From positions 1-45,269 of the forward strand of contig CAYNKN010000001.1 of NCBI GenBank assembly GCA_964397805.1: 45,269 nucleotides of DNA, written 5' to 3'. Positions 19,090 to 27,905 of this stretch are shown piece after piece. The notes under the pieces were generated by a model. The model saw only the letters and a list, made by a program, of their open reading frames with translations. It was not told the DNA's origin and did not search any database. The translations under genes and the position numbers were made by a program. Source of the DNA: an uncultured Chryseolinea sp. (GTDB lineage Bacteria; Bacteroidota; Bacteroidia; Cytophagales; Cyclobacteriaceae). Within the stretch, counting starts at the first letter, position 1. Each line of letters starts with the position of its first letter.

Positions 19090-21309
19090 CTACAGCCGTA
19101 GAAATTTTTTAACGATTTGCTGATTTTCTATTTCAATTAACAATATGTAAACGGACGGAGCATACTGTTGACTATTCAACTGTGCCCTTCCGTTGATGCC
19201 TTGTACCTGATCCACAATTTTCCCGCGTACATCTACAACTCGAATGAGTGCCGTTCCAGATGATTTGCTGCTGTAATCTATTTCCACTTTATCAGTTGCC
19301 GGATTAGGATAAACCCGGATATCATCTTCAACACCTTGTTCCTCCATTAAAGCCCCCTCTGAACCTTCGAAAGCCAAACGGCCTATCGTGCTTCCTGATG
19401 ATTCAACCAGTGACCATAACCTGCGGTCATTGATACCTTGATCCCACACATAAACTTTATCGGTCTTGTTGGCACCAACTTCCGCAACATACCCATTCCC
19501 TCGGTTCTTAATGAAGAAATGATCACCGCTTGGTATCAAACTCCATTGCTTTGCTGAGGTTGCAGTTTGTGAAGCCATAAAAAGCTGCCTTCCTCTTGCC
19601 GAGGCTACTTCGGCAACCAACCCGCTCGCCTTGTTTTTAATATTGTACGCGCCCGCAGAAGCTACAAATTGCCATTTCCTTCTGTCAACCTCACCTTGAT
19701 CCCACATATATATTAAGCTTCCAGGTGCGGTACTGGCTTCACAGACAAAATTATTTCCCTTGTTTTTTATAAAATACCATTTGAGCGGATTTGGCAATGG
19801 ATTGGATGAAAAGGAAACATTAAATACATTGTTATTCCAATTTAACAGCCCGGCTGATTTTCGCGCAACCAGCGTGTTATTGATTCTGACATTTTGGAAG
19901 ATAACGCCATTCACCGTATTCGTAGAACTTTTACCTTGAAGATACGACTCAATACTTTGATTGTTAGCAGAAAAATTCCGGAACGTTATATCGCGTACCT
20001 GCCCGGCATTTTGAATCATTTCAAAAAAAACTGCTCTGTTTAAACCTCCTCCATGAATCCGGAAATCATTGAAAATAATGTCGCGGATGGTTGCGCCTTG
20101 CCTTGCGCTTATTACAATACCGTTACTTCCTGAAAAAGTGTAAGGCCCCATTCGCACCACATCAATGTTGTCAAACGTGAGATCTTCCATGACTCCGGTC
20201 CAATCTTCTACACCCACTAAAACCGGCCTACCGGTACCGGTGTGATGTAATACCATGTTTCTGTAAATGTGATTACGGGAATCGGCACGATATCCAAAAT
20301 GATCCGATTTTGGGGCCAGGCAATCATCGCCAGTTCGGATGTAACAGTCTTCTACAACAGCATCGCTAACACCAATTAGATTTATACCATCTGTGTTTAC
20401 TGCGTAAGAGATTTGTTTTACGTTTCTTAGCGTTACGTCTGAAAAAGAACCAATCTGAAACCCATGATGACCTGGGTCTAACAAGATAATACCATCGATA
20501 TTTAAGTTTGATCCTCTTCCAATTTGTAATGTTCTGTACCGCACTGTTTCGGGGCAGTCGCACAAACTAAGATTACAATGGTTGGCATTTTCCCCCCACA
20601 GCACACCACTCCCTTGAATGGTGATGTTGCTTACATTATCACCATAGATGGAGCCTTTAATAAGGGCTCCACCATGGATGTATACTTTATCTCCAGAAGC
20701 GAGCACCAAGCGATTGCCAGGACTGCCTGTGCCATCTCCGATCTGGTGAAATCCAGGTCCAAAATAATGCGTTACTGATGAAGGAGATGGAATAACATGC
20801 CAGGGATTGGCAAAGAGTTGAATATTGCGCTGCCAGTCACCGTTAACAACAATTGATAAATTGCGCGCCTTGGCCAATGAAAAGGTGATGTAGTTGCCAC
20901 TGATTACAGGCGCAATACCATGTCGAAGAGGATGAACCTGAACGGAGGATATTGTACCTGAGTTTTTAAGAAGCCTGACTTCGACAGTCCCGTTAAAGTC
21001 AAAGTAAGCCATCGTAGAATTATCAGTTTGATAAGGAAAAACATCACAGGAAGAACCAGCGGGTGCCTTACCCCTATAGACTAATGCCTTGTATTCAAAA
21101 ACCTCAAGCCAACTCCCACCGCCTTGCCGTACCTGAATTCGATAATCATTATTTTGAGGCGCTTCGGCAGGCGCGCTATACACGCGAAGCTCGGCCCGAA
21201 CGAAGTCTGCAGAGCTTAAACAAATCAGTAGAACCATTGCATTTCTAAACGTTTGAAGTCGTAAAAAAAAACAATTTAGTACGGCTCGCTTTGTAAATAT
21301 TGTTTTCAT
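19090..21309 (-). CDS. T9SS-secreted beta-helix glycanase (GH28/GH49-like) with ricin-B lectin domain
   Basis: YFGPGFH, NTDGI and TGDD motifs; three ricin-type repeats (IKNK...W); C-terminal VYPNPATD...KKFLRL CTD. ATG 21309 preferred over TTG 21345. Confidence 0.8.
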   Translation of the reverse strand: MKTIFTKRAVLNCFFLRLQTFRNAMVLLICLSSADFVRAELRVYSAPAEAPQNNDYRIQVRQGGGSWLEVFEYKALVYRGKAPAGSSCDVFPYQTDNSTMAYFDFNGTVEVRLLKNSGTISSVQVHPLRHGIAPVISGNYITFSLAKARNLSIVVNGDWQRNIQLFANPWHVIPSPSSVTHYFGPGFHQIGDGTGSPGNRLVLASGDKVYIHGGALIKGSIYGDNVSNITIQGSGVLWGENANHCNLSLCDCPETVRYRTLQIGRGSNLNIDGIILLDPGHHGFQIGSFSDVTLRNVKQISYAVNTDGINLIGVSDAVVEDCYIRTGDDCLAPKSDHFGYRADSRNHIYRNMVLHHTGTGRPVLVGVEDWTGVMEDLTFDNIDVVRMGPYTFSGSNGIVISARQGATIRDIIFNDFRIHGGGLNRAVFFEMIQNAGQVRDITFRNFSANNQSIESYLQGKSSTNTVNGVIFQNVRINNTLVARKSAGLLNWNNNVFNVSFSSNPLPNPLKWYFIKNKGNNFVCEASTAPGSLIYMWDQGEVDRRKWQFVASAGAYNIKNKASGLVAEVASARGRQLFMASQTATSAKQWSLIPSGDHFFIKNRGNGYVAEVGANKTDKVYVWDQGINDRRLWSLVESSGSTIGRLAFEGSEGALMEEQGVEDDIRVYPNPATDKVEIDYSSKSSGTALIRVVDVRGKIVDQVQGINGRAQLNSQQYAPSVYILLIEIENQQIVKKFLRL

Positions 21310-21373
21310 TTGAGTTAGGTTATTCAGAAATTTAGAGCTTTTCAATCGAATGCGAGTAGCTCGAAAAAGGTAT

Positions 21374-21415
21374 AGTATAAAAAGTATTACAATGAGTTAA
21401 AAAAGTATTGAATGA
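21374..21415 (+). promoter_or_regulatory. 21-bp-period direct repeat, putative regulator site
   Basis: AGTATAAAAAGTATTACAATG / AGTTAAAAAAGTATTGAATGA; shares AAAGTATTACAATG with copy A; lies in the divergent region before GH88. Confidence 0.6.
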
Positions 21416-21505
21416 CTCAAAAATTAATACCCTATAATAGTCCTTTGTTTACTCGTTCTATTGACTAGTTAAAGATTCATTATCACATTCATTTACAGAA
21501 TAAAT

Positions 21506-22705
21506 ATGAAGCACATTTTACCTTTTCTTTTACTCTTACTTTTTTCTTGTTCTTCGCATCGTACTAACCAAAAAGTATGGATTGACGAAAATATTGTCTT
21601 CGCTTCAGCTCAACTTGAAAAGCAAATGGTTGCAGCTAACAGCAAGGATAAAATCCAATTTCCCCGAACCCTTAAAGACGGTAAGGTGATTTACATCTCT
21701 TCTGAGAAAGATTGGACGAGTGGATTTTTTCCGGGTAGCTTATGGTATCTATATGAACTTACTAAAGAACCTGTTTGGCGCGATAATGCAAAAAAATATA
21801 CAGAAGCATTGAGCTCTCTTCAGTTTTATACCGGCACGCACGATTTGGGTTTTATGGTTGGGTGCAGTTATGGAAATGGTTTACGGTTAACCAAAGATGA
21901 TAAATATGAAAAGGTTATAGTAAACGCAGCCAAATCGCTGGCAACACGATTTAGACCGGTAGCAGGTATACTACAATCGTGGGAGGTAGATAAAGGATGG
22001 CAGTCCAAACGAGGTTGGCAATGCCCTGTAATTATCGATAATATGATGAACCTCGAGCTTTTATTTAAAGCCACTCAGTTGTCTGGAGATTCTTCTTTTT
22101 ATAGAATGGCTGTTTCGCATGCAGACAAAACAATTGAACACCACTTCCGATCTGATTTTAGTTCCTACCATGTCATAGACTATGATACACTGACAGGAAA
22201 AGTACGAGGAAAGCAAACTGCTCAAGGTTACGCTCACGAATCAGCCTGGGCCCGCGGTCAGGCATGGGGAGTTTATGGGTTTACGGTTTGCTATCGCGAA
22301 ACAAGAGAATTGCGCTACTTAGAGCAGGCGGAGAAAGCATTTAATTTTTTTATCACGCATAAAAACCTCCCATCTGATTTGATTCCTTACTGGGATTTTA
22401 ATGCTCCTAAAATTCCCAATGAGGCGCGTGACGCATCAGCTGCGGCTGTTTGTGCCTCGGCATTGTACGAACTTTATGTTTTGACTAAAAAAGAAACGTA
22501 TAAAACGTATGCCGATAAATTAATGAACAGTCTTTCATCGAGTCAATATAGGGCTCCGCTTGGATCTAACGGTAATTTTATTCTTATGCATAGTGTTGGC
22601 AGCATTCCTCATGGTGCAGAAATTGATGCTCCTCTGAGTTACTCTGACTACTATTTTCTGGAAGCAATTAAACGAAAGAGAGATATTACGAATTCTAGGC
22701 GCTGA
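21506..22705 (+). CDS. GH88 unsaturated glucuronyl hydrolase, lipoprotein
   Basis: Lipobox LFSC; WTSGFFPG, HDLGF, IIDNMMN, SAWARGQAW, DASAAA, YSDYYFLEA motifs. Confidence 0.95.
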   Translation: MKHILPFLLLLLFSCSSHRTNQKVWIDENIVFASAQLEKQMVAANSKDKIQFPRTLKDGKVIYISSEKDWTSGFFPGSLWYLYELTKEPVWRDNAKKYTEALSSLQFYTGTHDLGFMVGCSYGNGLRLTKDDKYEKVIVNAAKSLATRFRPVAGILQSWEVDKGWQSKRGWQCPVIIDNMMNLELLFKATQLSGDSSFYRMAVSHADKTIEHHFRSDFSSYHVIDYDTLTGKVRGKQTAQGYAHESAWARGQAWGVYGFTVCYRETRELRYLEQAEKAFNFFITHKNLPSDLIPYWDFNAPKIPNEARDASAAAVCASALYELYVLTKKETYKTYADKLMNSLSSSQYRAPLGSNGNFILMHSVGSIPHGAEIDAPLSYSDYYFLEAIKRKRDITNSRR

Positions 22706-22875
22706 AATACTTACAATTTCTTTTTTTTACGCCCTTTTTACCCTTGTGTCGGAGAAGTTCACTCTGTTTACTTCTACTTCACTTCGCAATGAGCCATGTA
22801 AATTTAATCGTGAATCAGTCCATTTTAGATTCCTTTTGGTTTACGCAAGTTTTCTGAGCAGAGATCTAGGATATT

Positions 22876-23979
22876 TTAGTTTTCGCCTTTTATATCTCTG
22901 TTGTTTAATGTTTCTCGTTCGATGCGTTGATACAATCCCGGGGTGTGTTGTGTGCTGGAAAGAAACATATAGAGCGAAAGTAACCCGCTATCTTCATGTG
23001 CAGTAAGTAATAACCTGCCATCAGATGAAAAGTCTAAGTACTCTGTTCTGGGGCTTGGTAATTCAAGCGCAAGCTTAAAATCCCAAACCCGATAGAATTT
23101 AATTTTCCTTTCATGTCCTCCTACGAGCAGATAATGGTCATCGGGTGAAAATTCAACGGCCTCAACGCGCAACGCTTGTTGAAATGTGTTTAACAAAGCC
23201 CCCGTGTTTGCTGAAAATACCCTGGCTGTATTGTCGAAACTTCCCGATGCGATTAACTTTTCATCGTTTGAAAATCGAACCGATTTTACAGATCCGGTAT
23301 GGCCAACAAAATTCCGAATCACTTTTAAATTCACAACATCAACCAATTTTACGAATCCATCGTATCTGGTAGATTTACTTTTACTATCAACATGCTGCAC
23401 ATTGCCGCCCGCCACGATTAATTTATCGTTTAAACTGAAATCTAGTGAATTTACGGTAGAACCAACGTTAATTTTTCCGAGCAATGCGTAATTCGCGGTG
23501 TTCCAAAACCAGATGTCTCCTTTTTCAGATCCCGCTGCAATGAGCTTTCCATCGTGCGACCAGGCAATTCCATCAAGACTACTATCGTGTTCCATCCGGT
23601 TAAGCTCATTTCCTGTTTTTGTGTCCCATATTTTTACAAAATAGTCCTCGTCACCGGTCGCAAATTGGGTTCCATCAGGCGAAAAAACAACACATTCAAT
23701 TTCGGTATTCAATTTCTTTTCCCACAGCAATGTACCGTCAGCAACCCGCCACACCATTAAATTGTATCCAAACTTTGAAGCCGAAACGGCAATGGTTCCA
23801 TTCGGAGAAAGCCGGGCAGATTCAACAGCTCGAAGTACCGATGCATGGTCAGCTACCCGATGCCAAATTGGAATCACATCAGGCTTCAATGAATCATAAA
23901 TAGGGTATCGCTGTGCATAAAGTTGGCTTGCGAGTAAGAATAATAGGATTAGTGCCGTTGATTTAAATACAGATTTCAT
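22876..23979 (-). CDS. Secreted WD40-repeat beta-propeller protein
   Basis: Signal peptide; repeats such as VVFSPDG..FATG.ED..VKIWD and GHTGSVKSVRFS...ASGSFDNTARVF. Confidence 0.88.
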   Translation of the reverse strand: MKSVFKSTALILLFLLASQLYAQRYPIYDSLKPDVIPIWHRVADHASVLRAVESARLSPNGTIAVSASKFGYNLMVWRVADGTLLWEKKLNTEIECVVFSPDGTQFATGDEDYFVKIWDTKTGNELNRMEHDSSLDGIAWSHDGKLIAAGSEKGDIWFWNTANYALLGKINVGSTVNSLDFSLNDKLIVAGGNVQHVDSKSKSTRYDGFVKLVDVVNLKVIRNFVGHTGSVKSVRFSNDEKLIASGSFDNTARVFSANTGALLNTFQQALRVEAVEFSPDDHYLLVGGHERKIKFYRVWDFKLALELPSPRTEYLDFSSDGRLLLTAHEDSGLLSLYMFLSSTQHTPGLYQRIERETLNNRDIKGEN

Positions 23980-24068
23980 TTAGTATATAATTTCGATTAT
24001 GACACTTCGATTTGGAAATCCTCAAGTTTAATCTTTTAAATCTTGCGCGTGTGATTTACCAAAGTGAA

Positions 24069-24110
24069 AGTATAAATAGTAATATAATTAGGTAAAATAG
24101 TATCGAAGAT
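24069..24110 (+). promoter_or_regulatory. 21-bp-period direct repeat, putative regulator site
   Basis: AGTATAAATAGTAATATAATT / AGGTAAAATAGTATCGAAGAT; same core as the other sites; about 90 bp upstream of the WD40 start. Confidence 0.5.
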
Positions 24111-24134
24111 GTGAAGTAAAAAATCTGCGATCAG

Positions 24135-24950
24135 CTAAAGTTCATTGCTGGGTTTCCCAATAGTAGCCGACAGGCCACCATCGACATAAATAATTTGCCC
24201 ATTTATAAAATCGCTTGCAGCGGAGGAAAGAAATACTGCCGAACCGGATAAGTCAGCAGGGTTACCCCACCGCCCTGCGGGTGTGCGATTGAGAATGAAA
24301 TTATTGAAAGGATGTCCATCTATACGGATTGGTGCAGTCTGCTCGGTAGCGAAGTATCCGGGGCCAATACCATTTACCTGAATATTAAACCGGGCCCACT
24401 CGGTAGCCATATTTCGCGTTAGCATTTTTAGCCCTCCTTTAGCAGCAGCATATGCCGATACTGTGTCTCGTCCAAGCTCGCTCATCATGGAACAGATGTT
24501 AATAATTTTTCCAGCTTTGCGTGAAATCATATTCCTACCTACATATTTTGACACGATAAACGGTGCGATCAGATCAACATCGATCACTTGTTTAAAATCT
24601 GCAGTCTCCATATCCACCATCGGTATTCGTTTAATAATACCGGCATTGTTAATCAGAATATCTATTGCACCTACTTCTTTTTCAATTCGGGATATTTGGT
24701 TAGCTACCTCTTTATCATTGGTTACGTCAAACAAATATCCGGTAGCGCGATACCCTTCGGATTTATATTCCAACAAAGCAGCTTCCATTTTTCCGGAACT
24801 GTGTCCATTAATAATGAGTTCAGCACCAGCTATCGCTAATCCTTTAGCCATGGCCATACCTAACCCGTGTGTACCTCCGGTAATTAGCGCACGCTTACCA
24901 GTTAAATCAAAAAGAGAGTTCATTGATAAGTTTGTGTTATCGTAATTCAA
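24135..24950 (-). CDS. SDR gluconate 5-dehydrogenase / 2-dehydro-3-deoxy-D-gluconate 5-dehydrogenase (IdnO/KduD-like)
   Basis: [33 protein letters not shown] motifs; directly downstream of kduI. True start may be ATG 24923. Confidence 0.9.
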   Translation of the reverse strand: MNYDNTNLSMNSLFDLTGKRALITGGTHGLGMAMAKGLAIAGAELIINGHSSGKMEAALLEYKSEGYRATGYLFDVTNDKEVANQISRIEKEVGAIDILINNAGIIKRIPMVDMETADFKQVIDVDLIAPFIVSKYVGRNMISRKAGKIINICSMMSELGRDTVSAYAAAKGGLKMLTRNMATEWARFNIQVNGIGPGYFATEQTAPIRIDGHPFNNFILNRTPAGRWGNPADLSGSAVFLSSAASDFINGQIIYVDGGLSATIGKPSNEL

Positions 24951-25768
24951 CTAGACTAACGCTATCCATATCACTATAATCTAAATTTTCGCCTGCCATA
25001 CCCCAAATAAACGAATAGTTGCTGGTGCCTGCTCCGGAGTGAATAGACCAAGGAGGTGATAAAACTGCTTCGTTGTTTTGCATCCAAATATGTCGTGTTT
25101 CTTGTGGGTGCCCTAAGAAATGACAAACCGTTTGGCCAGCGGGTAAATCAAAATAGAAATACGCCTCCATTCTTCGATCATGTGTATGTGGCGGCAGGGT
25201 ATTCCATATACTTCCTGGCTTTAACTCGGTAAGGCCCATTTGTAAATGGCAGGTTGATAAAACGCTGTTGACAATTAGTTTTCGGATGGTACGATGATTG
25301 GCCGTTTCTGGGCTTCCAAGTATCAGCGTATCGGCTTCGGCTAGAGCAACTTTTCGTGATGGATGAACAGCATGTGCTGGTGCGCTATTTATAGTATAAA
25401 AGAGGTGTACCATTTTTGCCGGGTAGAAAAACTACATCACGAACACCTTTGCCAATATAAAGTGCATCCTTGTTTCCAAGCAAGTACTCTTGTTGATCAA
25501 CCATAATGGTTGCGGCAGCACCAAAATTGATAATTCCAATTTCTCTCCGCTGTAGAAAGTATTCGGCTTTAAGTTCATCAAAAGGCAATAAGGTGACCGG
25601 AGTAGATACAGGTTTTATCCCACCTACAATCAGTCGGTCGTAATGGGTGTAGGTATGTGTTAGTTGGTTATCCTGAAAAATGTTGTTAATTAAAACTGCC
25701 TGCCGGATGGCGTTTGTATCATATTTCTTGAAATCTTCCGGATGGATAGCGTATCGAACAGAATTCAT
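24937..25768 (-). pseudogene. kduI: 5-dehydro-4-deoxy-D-glucuronate isomerase with a +1 frameshift (real lesion or sequencing error)
   Basis: N-half (YTHYDR..VGG, FLQRREIG) and C-half ([29 protein letters not shown]) are in different frames; span 832 nt = 277 codons + 1 nt; shift near 25390-25402. Confidence 0.88.
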
Positions 25769-26006
25769 AAGATATTAACTGGTTAAGTGGTGAAATCATT
25801 TGTGCAATATAATTTAAAAATCTCTCTGATAAGGAAGGTTTAGCATTGAACACGAAGCAGGAGGTGAGGAGCACAGGTCTTAGCACGCTGCCGCGAGTCA
25901 TCTGCTGGAAGGTGCCTATATAAGAGACGAACTAAATTACTGGATAAAGAACATATCCTTTCACTACTTTTCAATAGTAACAGCCAACAACTCTAAAATC
26001 TACCAG

Positions 26007-26588
26007 TTAAACAAGCAAAGCTGCAATAACAGCCACGTAAAAATCTTTTAGATAAAGCTTCAGATGTCGAAGCGATTGAGTAAGATGATACTGAATTGTT
26101 TTTTCTGAAAGCCCAAACTCCTTCGCAATTTCCTGAATGGAGCGGCCTTCTAATCGATTCAGGCGGAACACCATTTGGGTTTTCTTTGGCAGCTTGTTAA
26201 CGCCTTGCTCTACGGCACTCAATAGGTCTTTATATTTAACAGTCTCGAAAGTTTCTTCCTCTTCTATCTGACAAAATATTTTGTAATAGTCAGCATATTT
26301 TTTAGTCACAACTTGATTTTTAATAAAATCAATAGCCTTATATTTTACCGATACGGAGAGATAATTTGTGAAGTTTTTTATTTTCGAATCTCTTCTGCGT
26401 TCCCAAAGATCTATAAAAAGCTGTTGAACAATTTCTTGAGCTTGTTCTGCCGATTTGAGTGAAAAATTAGCCATTCGATAGGCTTTTTTCCAATGACGAT
26501 CGAAAAGTTGCTCAAAAGCCTTTTTATCATCGCGTGCTATCGCTCGCAAAAGTGCTTCATCGGAGATAGTATCGTTTTCGTCTGTCAA
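26007..26588 (-). CDS. ECF RNA polymerase sigma-70 factor (PUL-associated)
   Basis: AFEQLF..HW, EIVQQLFIDLWE region 2; LPKKTQMVF.LNR.EG.S.QEIA region 4; divergent from fecR. Confidence 0.93.
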   Translation of the reverse strand: MTDENDTISDEALLRAIARDDKKAFEQLFDRHWKKAYRMANFSLKSAEQAQEIVQQLFIDLWERRRDSKIKNFTNYLSVSVKYKAIDFIKNQVVTKKYADYYKIFCQIEEEETFETVKYKDLLSAVEQGVNKLPKKTQMVFRLNRLEGRSIQEIAKEFGLSEKTIQYHLTQSLRHLKLYLKDFYVAVIAALLV

Positions 26589-26622
26589 AATAGGAACTTC
26601 TATGGGCGTAATGTCGGTCTTT

Positions 26623-26654
26623 CAAATATACTTAAAATGGTCTATAAAATCAAA
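26623..26654 (-). promoter_or_regulatory. Bacteroidota housekeeping promoter for the ECF sigma gene
   Basis: Minus strand TTTG-N20-TATATTTG fits the -33/-7 consensus TTTG...TAnnTTTG; 34 bp before the start codon. Confidence 0.7.
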
Positions 26655-26735
26655 CCCCCAACCGATTGCGCGCTCGATTTCAAAAAAGTGGATTGGATTT
26701 GAGACAAAATCCGGACTTGATCGACATTACTAAAC

Positions 26736-27740
26736 ATGACAGAAAAAGAATTTTCAGCACTTCTTCAAAAATACCTTCAAGGTAAGGCAACTCCAAAAGA
26801 AGTTCAATTGATTGAAAAGTGGTATTTACGAATTACTACAAAACACGATATGCAGCTCGATCTCCCATCGGAGCAGCTGAGAGACGCTCACTGGAATAAT
26901 ATTGAATCAAAAATGAGAAGAGGTCGAGCAGTTTCATTTTGGCCTCGAGTTGGGGTTGCGGCCTCGGTTTTATTTGCCTTGCTTATCGGGGCTTACTTGC
27001 TGATGGAACCATTTTCGCGTTCGATATCATTCACTTCAGATCAATCTTCAGGTCTGCCAGAGGCTGCTTTTAATTACAAAAACACTTCACACCAAAATCA
27101 GGTATATGAGCTTCCAGATGGAAGTAGAGTGTCATTGCAGCCTGGTAGTTCTCTGCAAACAGACGATTCGTTTAACGAGGAGAAAAGAGAAGTTAGATTG
27201 GTCGGAGAGGCTTTTTTTGAAGTTAAACACGATCCATCCAGACCATTTTATGTAATAGCCGATGAATTAGTCACTAAGGTAGTTGGTACCAGTTTCACGA
27301 TTCGCGCTATACCCGGTTCTGATGTTACGGTGGCTGTCAAGACTGGAAAAGTTACCGTGTTTGAAAAAGATATAAGTAACACAAATGCTGAAAAGACTGC
27401 GATCGTGTTAACGCCAAATCAACAGATTATCTATAAAGTTGAAACTGGAACAATCAATAAAATGCTGGTGAATAAACCAGCGCTAATTGTTGCAGAGGAA
27501 CAGGTTGCAAAACTCTATCGATTTGAAAACGCTTCCGTCATTGAAGTGTTTAATAGCCTTCAACTACTTTACGGTGTTACTATCGAAGCAGAGCCGGTTA
27601 CTTTCGCTAATTGTATACTTACCACATCAGGAGACACGCATGATTTATTTGAGTCAATCGATATAATTTGTGAAGCTATTGGAGCTACTTATCATGTTGA
27701 AGGTTCACGAATTTTGATTACAGGTGATGGATGTAAATAA
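26736..27740 (+). CDS. FecR-family anti-sigma factor
   Basis: Single TM helix; LPDGSRV.L, REVRLVGEAFFEV, VVGTSF motifs. Confidence 0.93.
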   Translation: MTEKEFSALLQKYLQGKATPKEVQLIEKWYLRITTKHDMQLDLPSEQLRDAHWNNIESKMRRGRAVSFWPRVGVAASVLFALLIGAYLLMEPFSRSISFTSDQSSGLPEAAFNYKNTSHQNQVYELPDGSRVSLQPGSSLQTDDSFNEEKREVRLVGEAFFEVKHDPSRPFYVIADELVTKVVGTSFTIRAIPGSDVTVAVKTGKVTVFEKDISNTNAEKTAIVLTPNQQIIYKVETGTINKMLVNKPALIVAEEQVAKLYRFENASVIEVFNSLQLLYGVTIEAEPVTFANCILTTSGDTHDLFESIDIICEAIGATYHVEGSRILITGDGCK

Positions 27741-27797
27741 GACTTATTCTTGAAAACTTTAAACAAACTGCCTATGAAGAATTTTACATAATAATTT

Positions 27798-27835
27798 AAA
27801 AAAAAAGAGCCGGTGATGTTCGCACCATCACCGGC
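27798..27835 (-). terminator. Intrinsic terminator-like hairpin in antisense orientation between fecR and susC
   Basis: Perfect 10-bp stem GCCGGTGATG/CATCACCGGC (27809-27818, 27826-27835), 7-nt loop; A9 run at 27798-27806 gives the U-tract only on the minus strand. Confidence 0.7.
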
Positions 27836-27905
27836 CTTAAATTCTATTTCCCGTTTTCGGGAAATAGTCGTGTTTCTGCCTTTAAACAAAAACCAACTTA
27901 AATGT

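Noticed and set aside
25385-25413. Programmed ribosomal frameshift in kduI
   Set aside because: No canonical slippery heptamer with a stimulatory structure seen, and I know no precedent for kduI; a simple indel is more parsimonious.
25919-25928. TATAAGAGAC resembling the Tn5 mosaic end/Nextera adapter
   Set aside because: Only 10 of 19 nt match contiguously and the flanks differ; consistent with chance.
27813-27905. GTG-initiated N-terminal extension of SusC
   Set aside because: The start lies inside the intergenic hairpin; ATG 27906 follows an A-rich leader and gives a more plausible signal peptide.
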